This document shows positions 15,166 to 25,281 of a stretch of 64,000 nt of DNA, piece after piece. The stretch comes from Candidatus Saccharimonadota bacterium. GTDB lineage: Bacteria > Patescibacteriota > Saccharimonadia > Saccharimonadales > Saccharimonadaceae. The position numbers were made by a program, and so were the translations under genes. A model generated the notes under the pieces. That model searched no databases, was not told the origin of the DNA, and worked only from the letters and a program-made list of their open reading frames with translations. Where the stretch lies: contig QJZZ01000001.1 in the NCBI GenBank assembly GCA_003246575.1, positions 31,978 through 95,977 on the forward strand, written 5' to 3'. How positions within the stretch are numbered: position 1 is the first letter of the stretch; every line of letters begins with the position of its first letter.

Positions 15166-17727
15166 CTAACGCAATACTTCGAGTTCGTGCTCGAGACGTT
15201 CGGCGTGCTCTTTTTCGGCGGCCAGCTTGTCGCGAGATTCAGCCACCAAGTGCTCTGGTGCTTTGTCGATATAGCTCTTGTTCTCGAGACGGGCTTCGAG
15301 GGCTTTGATGCTCTTGTGAACTTCAGCAAGACGACGCTCGAGGTTTGCCTGGTGTTCGTACAATGTCTCTTCGCTGATATCGAGCCAAACGTCACGACCG
15401 CTTGATGCCAAGCGAAGTCCCTTGCCCTGGTCGACATGCTTGACCGCATCTACGGAGCGGACGAGGTGGCGCAGCAGGCCTTCGTTGTCTTCGATCAGCG
15501 CGTCATCCATGTACAGGAGCGTATACTTGTCGTTACCCGGCAGTTCCGCCGTCACGAAGCGGGCTTCGGTGACGAGGTTTTTGAAGCGTGAAAATTCAGT
15601 TGCAGCAATTTCGTCGTAGGTCTCATCAACAGGCCAAGTGGTGCTGATAAGATTGTCGGTTGCGTCATCGTGCCAGCCGAGGCTCTGCCAGATTGTCTCT
15701 GTTACAAACGGTGCGAACGGATGTGCAAGTTTGAGGCTCGTGTCGAGCACCCACGCCAGCATCTCGGTGTTCTTTTCAACCTTGCTCACCTCGAGATACC
15801 AGTCAGCGACATCGTCCCAGATAGCGTGATACATCGTATCGCTGGCCTCAGAGAAGCGGAATTGCTCGAGCTGCGTATCGATTGCAGCGCGTGCTTCGTT
15901 GAGCTGGCGCACAATCCAGTGATCAGCGAGTGACTTCGGCATTGGTTTGGTAACTTCTGGCTGACCACCAATCAAGTCCTCGGCAAAGCGCGATACGTTC
16001 CAGAGCTTATTACAGAAATTACGTCCCGCAATCACAGCACCGCGGTTAAACGCTTGGTTTTGCGACGGACTGCGACCAGAGATAATGCCCATACGGAGAG
16101 CATCCGAGCCAAACTCGCTCACCATCTCCATCGGGTTGATGACATTCCCCTTCGACTTGCTCATCTTCTGATTGTGCTCATCATTGACCATGCCGTGGAA
16201 GTACACGGTTTTGAACGGAATCTCGCCAGTACGATAGACGCTCAGCATGATCATGCGACTCACCCACTGGCGCAAGAGGTCACCTCCCGTTTCCATGACA
16301 TCTGTCGGGAAGAAGCGACTCAGCTCACCCTTGCTCAAGTAGTCGGTGACGACATACGGCCACTGACCCGAGCTAAACCAGGTGTCGAAGGTATCTTCCT
16401 CTCGCTTATATGTTGTACCATCGACATCGATTGTTTCTTGGTCGACGCGCGTGTCGAAAATCCAATCTTTTGGATCATCGACGTTCACAAATGCAGGAAT
16501 CGGGATACCCCAAGGAATCTGACGAGAGATATTCCAGTCACGGATCTGACCGAGATACGCGATAATTTCGTTCACTTTTTGTGATGGATAAAAGTCGATG
16601 GCATGTTCTTTGAGCTTTACAATAGCCTCTTTCGCAAGTGGCTCGAGCTTGAGGAACCACTGGTCTTTCATTAGTGGCTCGATGATCGTGCCACACTTGT
16701 AGCAATGTCCGACGGAGTGTTCAATATCCTCGCTGCCGCGCAGGTCTTCACTCGCCTGGAGAGAAGCGACGACTTTTTTGCGCGCCTCGAGTACTGTCAG
16801 TCCCATGAACGCAGCGGGAACATTCGTCATCTTACCTTGCTCGTCGATAATATTGATCACATTGAGCTGATGGCGCTGGGCAATCTCGAAGTCATTCGGG
16901 TCATGTGCGGGCGTCACCTTGACGGCGCCGGTACCAAACGACATATCAACGTGCTCATCAGCCACAATTTCGATTTCACGATTGGTGATCGGAAGCTGGA
17001 CGCGCGTTCCGACGAGATCCTTGTAGCGCTCGTCATCAGGGTGTACGGCAATGGCCGTGTCGCCGAGCATCGTTTCTGGACGAGTGGTTGCGACGACGAT
17101 TTCGCCACGCTTGTCGAGCAATGGATAGGCAATATTCCAGAGTTTGCTCTTCTCGTTTTTGTGTTCGACTTCAATATCGGCGAAGCTGGTCTGGTGAGTC
17201 GTGCAGTAGTTCACAATACGTTCGCCACGATAGACGAGGCCATCATCCCAGAGAGACTTGAATGTGTCGTAGACGGTATCAATCACTTTTTCGTCGAGCG
17301 TGAAGACAAGATCGTCCCAACTACAGCTAATGCCGAGCGCACGAAGCTGTAATTCCATGTCGCCGCGACGTGCATCGACAAAATCCCATACCTGGCTATA
17401 AAGCTGTTCACGTGTGAAGTCGAAGCGACTGCTGCCAGATTCGTGCAAACGGCGTTCATAGACAACCCAAGTTTCGAAGCCAGCGTGGTCAGCACCGGGG
17501 ATGAATGCTACATCCCTTCCCTGCATACGTCGCCAGCGCGCGAGGATATCCTTGAGGTTCATATCCAGCGCGTGTCCGATATGGAGGTTGCCGTTCGCGT
17601 TTGGTGGCGGCATCACCATCGAATATGGATCGCCCTTACCTGATGGCTGGAAGGCACCAGACTGTTCCCACATTGCGTAGATAGTAGGTTCAAATTCATT
17701 GGGGGTATATTGCTTTGCGAGTTTCAT
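15166..17727 (-). CDS. valS: Valine--tRNA ligase
   Basis: PPPNANGNLHIGH, DTWFSS, KMSKS and a C-terminal coiled coil. Confidence 0.97.
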   Translation of the reverse strand: MKLAKQYTPNEFEPTIYAMWEQSGAFQPSGKGDPYSMVMPPPNANGNLHIGHALDMNLKDILARWRRMQGRDVAFIPGADHAGFETWVVYERRLHESGSSRFDFTREQLYSQVWDFVDARRGDMELQLRALGISCSWDDLVFTLDEKVIDTVYDTFKSLWDDGLVYRGERIVNYCTTHQTSFADIEVEHKNEKSKLWNIAYPLLDKRGEIVVATTRPETMLGDTAIAVHPDDERYKDLVGTRVQLPITNREIEIVADEHVDMSFGTGAVKVTPAHDPNDFEIAQRHQLNVINIIDEQGKMTNVPAAFMGLTVLEARKKVVASLQASEDLRGSEDIEHSVGHCYKCGTIIEPLMKDQWFLKLEPLAKEAIVKLKEHAIDFYPSQKVNEIIAYLGQIRDWNISRQIPWGIPIPAFVNVDDPKDWIFDTRVDQETIDVDGTTYKREEDTFDTWFSSGQWPYVVTDYLSKGELSRFFPTDVMETGGDLLRQWVSRMIMLSVYRTGEIPFKTVYFHGMVNDEHNQKMSKSKGNVINPMEMVSEFGSDALRMGIISGRSPSQNQAFNRGAVIAGRNFCNKLWNVSRFAEDLIGGQPEVTKPMPKSLADHWIVRQLNEARAAIDTQLEQFRFSEASDTMYHAIWDDVADWYLEVSKVEKNTEMLAWVLDTSLKLAHPFAPFVTETIWQSLGWHDDATDNLISTTWPVDETYDEIAATEFSRFKNLVTEARFVTAELPGNDKYTLLYMDDALIEDNEGLLRHLVRSVDAVKHVDQGKGLRLASSGRDVWLDISEETLYEHQANLERRLAEVHKSIKALEARLENKSYIDKAPEHLVAESRDKLAAEKEHAERLEHELEVLR

Positions 17728-17861
17728 GCTAATTCGATGGCCCTTTCACGTGAAGCTAACGGGTGATATTTCAACTGAGGTCATTATACCAAAAAACAGG
17801 GGCAATTGGTAACCCATCATAAAGTTGCCGTTCACCCCGTAATTTCGTACAATGATACGCA

Positions 17862-19085
17862 ATGGAGCTACGAAAAATTAGTGAGGCTGAATTCTCAGCA
17901 TTCGTCAACGATCAACCGGTCGTCTCGTTTCTACAGTCAGAGCACATCGCCGCGCGTCGAGCCAACGACGGGTGGCAGTCTATCGTGCTCGGTTTATTTG
18001 ATGGCACATCCCTACTCGGTGCCACGCGCGTATATAGCAAAGCACTTGCCTTTGGGTTCAAGAAATTTGAGATCCTACAGGGGCCAGTGATTGATTTTTC
18101 ACGTGAAAGTGCTGTGGTAGAATTTCTAAAACAGCTCAAAGACTACGTTCGCAGCAATCATGGCGTACAGCTCGAAGTCACCCCTAACCTTCTCAGAATC
18201 CATCGTGACAACGATGGCAAAGAGATTAGTGGCAGCTACGATTCGAGTTCCTTCGAAGCAGAATTCCAGACAGCCGGATACGCAAAACTCCCCTACTCTG
18301 TCAGCGATAATCGTGCCGATATATTCCGCTGGGTCTTTGCGAAGGATATGACAGGCATCGATTCGATCGAAGCGCTCGAGAAGACATTCAGTTCATCAAC
18401 CAAGCGTTCGGTGAAACGCGCCGAAAAGAGTGGCATCGTCATCAGGGAAATTCCAAAAGAGCAGGTGACAATCTTTCACGATATTATCGAAAAGACAGGG
18501 GAACGCTGGGACTTCACAGCGCGATCAATCGATTACTACGTAGCACTGCTCGATTCGTTTGGGGCAGAGAATAGCCGTGTATTTGTCGCCGAAATTTCAC
18601 CCGAAAACTACCGTGTATACGTCCAGGATTTGATCGACAAACAGCAGAAAATTATCGATGAAACAAGCGACGATGGCGTCAAAGAGAAGGCGAGTACAGA
18701 CAAGGCGCACTACCAAGAGGTAATCGATGCTGTCAAAGACGCAACCGAGCCAATCATCCTTGCCGGGACCGTCGTTCTTCGCTACGGCAACGAAGTCACC
18801 CACCTGTTCAGTGGATCATACAAAGAGCACTCATTCCTCCGCGCCACCTCACTCCTACGCGCACATGCACTTCGCTACGCGCTCGAATCAGGCGTTACGC
18901 GCTTCAACTTCTATGGCACGAAAGGCAATCACACCGGCCACCCGAAAGAAGAGGGGATATTCCAATTCAAGCGCGGCTTCGGCGGCAATGTCGAGGAACA
19001 ACTTGGCGTCTTCGTCTACACACCGCGACCACTCGTGAACGTCGCTCTGAAAATAGCCGCACGAATCAAACGAGTACTGCGATGA
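17862..19085 (+). CDS. FemAB/MurM-family peptidoglycan bridge aminoacyltransferase (long form with helical arm)
   Basis: SFLQS, GPVID, FNFYG and FKRGFGG motifs; 407 aa with a coiled-coil insertion. Confidence 0.9.
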   Translation: MELRKISEAEFSAFVNDQPVVSFLQSEHIAARRANDGWQSIVLGLFDGTSLLGATRVYSKALAFGFKKFEILQGPVIDFSRESAVVEFLKQLKDYVRSNHGVQLEVTPNLLRIHRDNDGKEISGSYDSSSFEAEFQTAGYAKLPYSVSDNRADIFRWVFAKDMTGIDSIEALEKTFSSSTKRSVKRAEKSGIVIREIPKEQVTIFHDIIEKTGERWDFTARSIDYYVALLDSFGAENSRVFVAEISPENYRVYVQDLIDKQQKIIDETSDDGVKEKASTDKAHYQEVIDAVKDATEPIILAGTVVLRYGNEVTHLFSGSYKEHSFLRATSLLRAHALRYALESGVTRFNFYGTKGNHTGHPKEEGIFQFKRGFGGNVEEQLGVFVYTPRPLVNVALKIAARIKRVLR

Positions 19086-20053
19086 AAATTCAGCAAATAA
19101 CAGAGGTAGATAAGTGGAACGAAGCGGCTCAATCGCTCGGTGCGCATCCTCTGCAGCTCTGGGGCTGGGGAGAGGTCAAAACGACACACGGATGGCGCGC
19201 TGAGCGCTACCTCGTCATAGACGACAACCAGCCGATAGGCGGCACACAGGTACTGTACAAAGTGTTGCCTACGCCATTCGGGGAATTCGCCTACATACCT
19301 CGTGGGCCATTTGGCTCTGAGGCAGCCAAGCATTATCTTTTCGAACACTTACCAAAACTCCTCAAGCAGCGGCACAATCTACTCGCCCTATCGGTGGAGC
19401 AGGGGAATGAATCAGCTCCAGACGCAAAAGGCTGGAAACGCACACCGAATACTATCTTGATGAACGACACACTCGTACTTGATCTGTCGAAATCCGATGA
19501 CGACCTCCTGGCCGATATGAAAAAGAAAACTCGCCAGTATATCCGCAAGTCAGCATCTGCCTGTGAAATCCGCGAGACATCATCGAAAGACGAGATCAAC
19601 ACCTGTCTTGAGGTGTACAAAGATACCGCACGCCGCGCCAACTTCGCACTGCACGACGACGAGTACTACCACACTGTGAGCGAGAAGCTCGGTGGCGCAT
19701 CCGTTATCTACGGTGCGTATGCCGGTGATACACTCTTGTCATTTTTGTGGCTCGCCGTCAGTGACAGCACGGCATTCGAGCTCTATGGAGGCGTCACGGC
19801 AGACGGCCAAGAAGCGCGCGTCAACTATGCACTGAAATGGCACGCCATCCGTGAAATGCAATCACGTGGCGTCAAAGAATACGACCTCAATGGCCTCCTC
19901 GAAGGTGGAGTTACAAATTTCAAACAAGGATTCGCGTCGCACGAAACCCACTATGCTGGCACCTACGATTATCCGCTTTCACCTCTGTATATCATCTGGA
20001 CCAAGGCGCTTCCGGCGGCAAAAGCTATTTATCGCAAGCTACGCGCTCGCTAA
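19082..20053 (+). CDS. FemX-like peptidoglycan bridge aminoacyltransferase (short form)
   Basis: HPLQLWGWGEVK, YIPRGP, KTRQYIRK, YDLNG and FKQGF motifs. Confidence 0.9.
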   Translation: MKIQQITEVDKWNEAAQSLGAHPLQLWGWGEVKTTHGWRAERYLVIDDNQPIGGTQVLYKVLPTPFGEFAYIPRGPFGSEAAKHYLFEHLPKLLKQRHNLLALSVEQGNESAPDAKGWKRTPNTILMNDTLVLDLSKSDDDLLADMKKKTRQYIRKSASACEIRETSSKDEINTCLEVYKDTARRANFALHDDEYYHTVSEKLGGASVIYGAYAGDTLLSFLWLAVSDSTAFELYGGVTADGQEARVNYALKWHAIREMQSRGVKEYDLNGLLEGGVTNFKQGFASHETHYAGTYDYPLSPLYIIWTKALPAAKAIYRKLRAR

Positions 20054-21138
20054 GCCCAGGCTGTTTTCGACATACTGATGCTCGGGATAACCTCGAGAGA
20101 GTAGGGGTCATCCGCAGCGTGACCTTGAGCGTAGTAGTACCCAAGCGTCGCAATCATGGCGGCGTTGTCAGTACAGAGACTCATCGGCGCATACTGAATA
20201 TCGATAGGGAGACGACGAGATAATTCAGCGCGAAGGGGAGGGCTCGCTGCCACACCACCAGCAATCACAACTGACGCTGGTGCATAATCGATAAATGCCT
20301 TTTCAGCTTTGTCGACAAGCGTCTCGATTGCTACACGCGTGAAACTTGCAGCAAAATCATGCTTCTGTTTATCGCTGAGAAGCCCTGAGAGCTCGTGTGA
20401 AGGAAATCTGAAGTCTTTGCCCACTTCACGCTGTACGGCGCGTAGAACGGCTGTTTTGAGGCCCGAGAAGCTATAGTCGTACGGGTTCTGCATGCGAGAC
20501 TTCGGAAAATCATAGGCATAGGCATCACCATCCTTCGCTGCACGCTCGACAGCAGGGCCGCCAGGGTAGGGGTAGCCGAGAATCTTGGCCACCTTATCGA
20601 ACGCTTCGCCGACGGCATCGTCTTGTGTCTGCCCGAGGAGTTCGTAATCACCGTGGCCACGAAAGAGCACCAGTTGGGTGTGTCCCCCGCTGACGATGAG
20701 GGCCAGCATCGGAAACTGCGGCTGACGAGATGGCAGAGTAAGTGGTGTCGCCGTAGCGCCGTCTTGCTGCTCGGTCACGAAGTTTGCGTACACATGCGCC
20801 TCGACATGATGAATGCCATAGAGCGGCTTTTTGTGCACGACCGCAAGAGTGCGAGCGGCGAGTGTGCCAACAAGAAGGGAACCGATGAGTCCCGGTGCAT
20901 TTGTCACTGCGATTGCGTCGATATCAGCCCAGGCACACTTGGCATCTTCGAGAGCCTTATCAACCACCGGTGTGATCGCCTCGATGTGACTTCGTGCGGC
21001 AATTTCAGGAATTACGCCGCCATACTCGGCGTGAATATCTATCTGACTCTGAACGACGTTACTATAGAGCCGCGTCCCATCCTCAACAACAGAGGCACTT
21101 GTCTCGTCACAACTCGATTCGATTCCCAAAATTTTCAT
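20050..21138 (-). CDS. tsaD: tRNA threonylcarbamoyltransferase
   Basis: ILGIESSCDET, HHVEAH, SGGHT, DDAVGEAFDK and CTDNAAMI motifs. Confidence 0.97.
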   Translation of the reverse strand: MKILGIESSCDETSASVVEDGTRLYSNVVQSQIDIHAEYGGVIPEIAARSHIEAITPVVDKALEDAKCAWADIDAIAVTNAPGLIGSLLVGTLAARTLAVVHKKPLYGIHHVEAHVYANFVTEQQDGATATPLTLPSRQPQFPMLALIVSGGHTQLVLFRGHGDYELLGQTQDDAVGEAFDKVAKILGYPYPGGPAVERAAKDGDAYAYDFPKSRMQNPYDYSFSGLKTAVLRAVQREVGKDFRFPSHELSGLLSDKQKHDFAASFTRVAIETLVDKAEKAFIDYAPASVVIAGGVAASPPLRAELSRRLPIDIQYAPMSLCTDNAAMIATLGYYYAQGHAADDPYSLEVIPSISMSKTAWA

Positions 21139-21182
21139 ACGTGTCTAGTATACCATCTGCAAATCGGTGTAAAATAGAGGTA

Positions 21183-22253
21183 ATGAAACAGAGTTTTTTG
21201 GGGAAAGCACGAGCAAAGAAAGCCGCACTGCGGTACAACCATCCTTCACGCAGCGTGAAGCTACTACTGGTCGTCGGCGAATACGGGGCCCGCACCACCG
21301 CACTCTACCTCTCGGGTATCGTGCGTGAGTCTGATCAATCTGTCGCCGTCTTTACGGATAGCGTGAGCTCGGTCAACGGCGAGTCATACCTTGAACGCTA
21401 TGACGCGAGTGCTGATGCCATCCAGCGTGCCATCTCTCGCAGCCGCAAAACCGCAGATACAGTCATCATGGCGGTCACGCCAGCGTTCATTCGCAGTGCC
21501 GTACTTGAGACACTCCAGATTGAAATGGTCGTCGTAACATCACAGTGCGAACTGGCCGATGAAGTACTCGCGTACCCAACCAACTACCTCGTCGTTCCCG
21601 AAGGCATGCCAACCGAAACCTATGCGATCGCACCTCATCAAAAGATTAGCTTCGGCGACACCGAACTGGCTGAGGCCTACCTTCGCAACACCGTCCTCTA
21701 CCGAAAGGGAACAGAAGCGGAAGTCACGATTGACCACCAGACGAACCTTACACTCAGCACCTACCTCCTGGGACGCGCAAACGCCTACAATATCACCGCT
21801 GCTGCTGCCGCTGGCTATCTGCTTGGGCTCGACGTCAGTCGTTTCGAAGAGGGAATCGCTCGACTCGAATATGTCCCGGGCAATCTCGAATCTATCGTTC
21901 TCGACACACCATACACGCTCTACGTTGACGGCGCCCCATCAGCATTGTCTGCAGATCTCGTGAGTGGATCACTCAAGCAACTCGCCAAACGACGCCTTTT
22001 GATTGCCTGCGACCAGAGTTTTTCAGATGATACGCTCGATCTGCTTTCGAGCCGCGCCGATCGTGTCACCGTTGCGGGTGGCCAAGAAGTTAACGGTCGC
22101 TATCATGCCGATGATGTCCATAACGCTATCGAGCAGACACTCCGCTCGGCCAAGAAGGACGATGTCGTTCTACTGCTTGGCCCAGCCTTTGTGACGCACA
22201 CCGATTCAGGTCTATACGGAGAAGTTGCCGCCCGCGAGGTGCTCTCAGCATGA
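21183..22253 (+). CDS. Degenerate Mur-ligase-like protein (P-loop altered)
   Basis: Colinear with MurE (..PSRSVKLLLVVG, N...AAAAG..LG, VPG.LE, DVVLLLG) but has GEYGARTT in place of GTNGKTT. Confidence 0.75.
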   Translation: MKQSFLGKARAKKAALRYNHPSRSVKLLLVVGEYGARTTALYLSGIVRESDQSVAVFTDSVSSVNGESYLERYDASADAIQRAISRSRKTADTVIMAVTPAFIRSAVLETLQIEMVVVTSQCELADEVLAYPTNYLVVPEGMPTETYAIAPHQKISFGDTELAEAYLRNTVLYRKGTEAEVTIDHQTNLTLSTYLLGRANAYNITAAAAAGYLLGLDVSRFEEGIARLEYVPGNLESIVLDTPYTLYVDGAPSALSADLVSGSLKQLAKRRLLIACDQSFSDDTLDLLSSRADRVTVAGGQEVNGRYHADDVHNAIEQTLRSAKKDDVVLLLGPAFVTHTDSGLYGEVAAREVLSA

Positions 22254-23536
22254 AGCGTGCACTCAAAAAGCTAATCCCAACCAGCCTATTTGAGGCAATT
22301 GAACCAACCGGACACCTCATCGAAGCCGTCATTGCGAGTGCGAGAAATGGCTTCCCAGCACGAGGTATGCATGTCATAGGTGTCACCGGCACCAACGGTA
22401 AGACCACGACCAGTTTCATGATCCACAAGATGCTGACCGAGGCAGGCTATAATGTTGCTCTCATGACAACAGTCGCTTACGGTATCCGTGATGAGATCAC
22501 TCCCCAAATCGCCCACATGACTACCGTATCGGCACCACTCCTCAACCGTCGCTTGCGTGAGTTCAAAGACGCCGGCGCTGAATGGGTCGTCCTCGAAACC
22601 ACGAGTCACGCACTCGCACAACACCGTGTCTGGGGCGTACCATACGAAATTGCCGTTATGACCAACGTCACACATGAACACCTCGACTACCACAAGACAT
22701 TCGAGCGCTACCTCGATGCTAAGGCCGAGCTCTTCAGATTGAGCAACAAATTCGGCGGCTTCGGCGTCGTCAATGCAGAAGATCCAAATGCGGACGTCTT
22801 CACTGGCGCCATCAAGCACAGTGCTACCTACGGCATCGGCAAAGGTGACGTCCAGGCGCATAACGTCACCATGGCTGGCAACGGCAGCACCTACACTGCC
22901 GTTGTAGGTGAAGTCAGTTACGATATTCGCTGCAACATCCCAGGCGAATTCAATATCTCTAACAGTCTCGCAGCAGTTACCGTCGGCAAACATCTCGGCC
23001 TCACAAAAGAACAAATCGAGAAGGGAATCGCTAGCCTCGAGGGCGTTGAAGGCCGCATGGATACCATCGACGAGGGTCAGGATTTCAGCGTCATCATTGA
23101 CTTTGCCCACACACCAGATAGCTTCGAACGTCTGCTTGGCGACCTTCGTAAGTCAACCAAAGGCAAACTCATCGCACTCTTCGGCTCCGCTGGCCGACGC
23201 GACGAGTCAAAGCGCTGGACACAAGGCGAGATTGCCGGTAAATACTGCGACGAGGTCGTGCTGACCGAAGAGGACGACCGCGACATCGACGGGCACCTTA
23301 TCCTCAGTCAAATCGCTGAAGGCGCCGGGCGAAGCGGCAAGACCCGCGACAAAGACCTGTTCTTGATCCTCGATCGCCCAGAAGCTATCAAATTCGCCAT
23401 GACCCGCGCCACAAGCCCTGACGATGTGGTTATCCTTCTCGGTAAAGGCCACGAAAAAACCATTGAGCGCGCCGACGGCGAGCACCCATGGAACGAAGCC
23501 GAAGAGGCGCGAACTGCCCTCAAAACCCCCAAGTAG
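22250..23536 (+). CDS. murE: UDP-N-acetylmuramyl-tripeptide synthetase
   Basis: GVTGTNGKTTT, LETTSHAL, EHLDYH, DFAHTPD and GKGHE motifs. Confidence 0.93.
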   Translation: MKRALKKLIPTSLFEAIEPTGHLIEAVIASARNGFPARGMHVIGVTGTNGKTTTSFMIHKMLTEAGYNVALMTTVAYGIRDEITPQIAHMTTVSAPLLNRRLREFKDAGAEWVVLETTSHALAQHRVWGVPYEIAVMTNVTHEHLDYHKTFERYLDAKAELFRLSNKFGGFGVVNAEDPNADVFTGAIKHSATYGIGKGDVQAHNVTMAGNGSTYTAVVGEVSYDIRCNIPGEFNISNSLAAVTVGKHLGLTKEQIEKGIASLEGVEGRMDTIDEGQDFSVIIDFAHTPDSFERLLGDLRKSTKGKLIALFGSAGRRDESKRWTQGEIAGKYCDEVVLTEEDDRDIDGHLILSQIAEGAGRSGKTRDKDLFLILDRPEAIKFAMTRATSPDDVVILLGKGHEKTIERADGEHPWNEAEEARTALKTPK

Positions 23537-23624
23537 TTTTGACTAAAACCTATTTTTCTATTATAATTATACTGAAGCCGTTGTCCGACGGTTATGTACC
23601 TACTCATGACCTAGGGAGGTCACG

Positions 23625-23942
23625 ATGTTCGATGTCAGCCTCGAGCAACTACTCGCGTACGTGTTGATCGCCATCGTGATCTTCGCTCTACGCGAGAGCC
23701 GCATCCACAACGCCAGGCGGTGGTCGCTGTGGCAACTCAATGGAGTTCACGGCGCACCCGCCGAATGGCGACGGCGCGTCAATGCCTTCTGGTCTCTATT
23801 CTGGCCAGCGCTCGTCGTGTACGAGCTCCTCGCCATCGCCTGGATCGCGTTCCTCGCGATCTTGGCAGCCATCGGCGGCCAGCTACTGCTTGCGTTTCTC
23901 GCCAGCTACAACTGGCTGCGCGAGCGCAGAAAAGGCACGTAA
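23625..23942 (+). CDS. Hypothetical membrane protein
   Basis: GGGAGG RBS, TTGACT/TATAAT promoter, hydrophobic segments, terminator. Confidence 0.7.
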   Translation: MFDVSLEQLLAYVLIAIVIFALRESRIHNARRWSLWQLNGVHGAPAEWRRRVNAFWSLFWPALVVYELLAIAWIAFLAILAAIGGQLLLAFLASYNWLRERRKGT

Positions 23943-23952
23943 AAACGGGTAC

Positions 23953-23997
23953 GCCCCGGCGAGTCACACCCATCCGGGTAGCGAGACTCGCCGGGGC
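23953..23997. terminator. GC-rich hairpin between convergent genes
   Basis: GCCCCGGCGAGTC ... GACTCGCCGGGGC 13-bp stem. Confidence 0.65.
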
Positions 23998-24007
23998 ATT
24001 GTCATTT

Positions 24008-24895
24008 CTAGATAAGCGTCAGCGTCGTACAGCGTACCGAGCCACCACCTTTGGCAAGCTCCGGATTATTGAGGCGCGTTGTCGTCAGACCGTACGATTC
24101 GATCGCCGCAGCATACTCGGGAGCATCGTTCATGACAACATGTTCACCAGTACTGACGAGATTGCACGCAAGCCGATGCACCGCCTCATGTTCACTCACC
24201 TCGATCAAATCAAGGCCTTTGAGCGCGCGGATCTTCTCAACACTCTCGTCGGTCAATGCATCCGGGCAAAAGCCCACCAGACCATTTTCGACAATTTTAT
24301 CACCATCGTAGACGGGCGCTTTGAGAATCGAGACAGCAAGATCGAGATCGTAGTAGAAACTGTCTGGCCACCCAGAGTAGGTATTGACGACAGGCTGGCC
24401 CGCCTCATCGAGCTGCGGCTTAGCACGAAGCTGCACGCGCTCGAGCCCGAACGTTTCCGCTACAAACTCCTGCGCCGCTTCATCGCTACGGTAGCCACTT
24501 CCACAAAACAGATAGTTTCCGCACGGCAAGCAGTCGCCTTGTCCGCTATATTTCTCGATAGTCGAAGGCAATTCGACCACCGTCTTGCCGAGATCTTCGA
24601 GCGCCTGTCGCGCATACGCTTCTTCGCCCTTGCGCGCATTCGGCAAGCGAGCCAATACCGCCGTATCGCCAAGTACAAGCGCCCAGTTTGCCGTAAATAC
24701 GCCGTCCTGACAGTCGGCAGGCGGAGAAATGCGCGTCACAGCGACACCGGCACCCTCCAGTGCCTGCTGTATTGCACGGTGCTCACGCGCCGCTTCCTCG
24801 AGATCGATTGCGGATGACTGATCCATGAACGGGTTGATTGGCTGGTCGTCAGTAAAGTAGTCAACTCCTGACATAAGGACGGTTGTGTTGATCAT
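24008..24895 (-). CDS. Amidinotransferase / dimethylarginine dimethylaminohydrolase family protein
   Basis: INPFM, DGVFTAN, R.GEE, GQGD and C-terminal KGGGSVRCTTL. Confidence 0.88.
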   Translation of the reverse strand: MINTTVLMSGVDYFTDDQPINPFMDQSSAIDLEEAAREHRAIQQALEGAGVAVTRISPPADCQDGVFTANWALVLGDTAVLARLPNARKGEEAYARQALEDLGKTVVELPSTIEKYSGQGDCLPCGNYLFCGSGYRSDEAAQEFVAETFGLERVQLRAKPQLDEAGQPVVNTYSGWPDSFYYDLDLAVSILKAPVYDGDKIVENGLVGFCPDALTDESVEKIRALKGLDLIEVSEHEAVHRLACNLVSTGEHVVMNDAPEYAAAIESYGLTTTRLNNPELAKGGGSVRCTTLTLI

Positions 24896-24938
24896 TCTAG
24901 GGGCTATTATGGCACAAGAGTTTCGGCGAACTGAAATA

Positions 24939-24965
24939 TTAGCACTCGCGCTTGACGAGTGCTAA
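24939..24965 (+). promoter_or_regulatory. CIRCE element (HrcA operator) overlapping the groES promoter
   Basis: Perfect TTAGCACTC-N9-GAGTGCTAA with -35 TTGACG inside it and -10 TAGACT at 24976-24981. Confidence 0.95.
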
Positions 24966-25014
24966 TTTTGTTTGCTAGACTAGAGGTACAACTGACCACA
25001 TAGGAGGAAATAAC

Positions 25015-25281
25015 GTGAGCTCACCTATCAAACCACTTGGCGACCGCGTCGTAGCCATCCGCGAAAAGGCAGTAGAAAAAACCGCCAGCGGACTCTACCT
25101 ACCGGAACAAGCCAAAGAAAAACCAGTCACCGCAACCGTCACCGCCATCGGCTCCGATGTCAAAGACGTCAAAGTAGGCGACAAGATTCTGTACAAAGAA
25201 TACTCAACCACCGAAGTAAAGCTCGGTGACGACGAACACCTCATCGTCAAAGAAGAAGATGTCCTGGGGGTCGTCGCATAA
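25015..25281 (+). CDS. groES: Co-chaperonin GroES
   Basis: IKPLGDRVV...TASGLYLP; AGGAGG RBS, GTG start. Confidence 0.97.
   Translation: MSSPIKPLGDRVVAIREKAVEKTASGLYLPEQAKEKPVTATVTAIGSDVKDVKVGDKILYKEYSTTEVKLGDDEHLIVKEEDVLGVVA

Noticed and set aside
17728..17861. T-box riboswitch upstream of valS
   Set aside because: The leader is too short, and no T-box AAGGTGGxACC motif or terminator is seen.
23720..24817. 365-aa plus-strand ORF and similar long shadow ORFs (e.g. 22286-23110, 26100-26963, 16705-17352)
   Set aside because: They overlap well-supported genes on the opposite strand and have no recognisable motifs or RBS.
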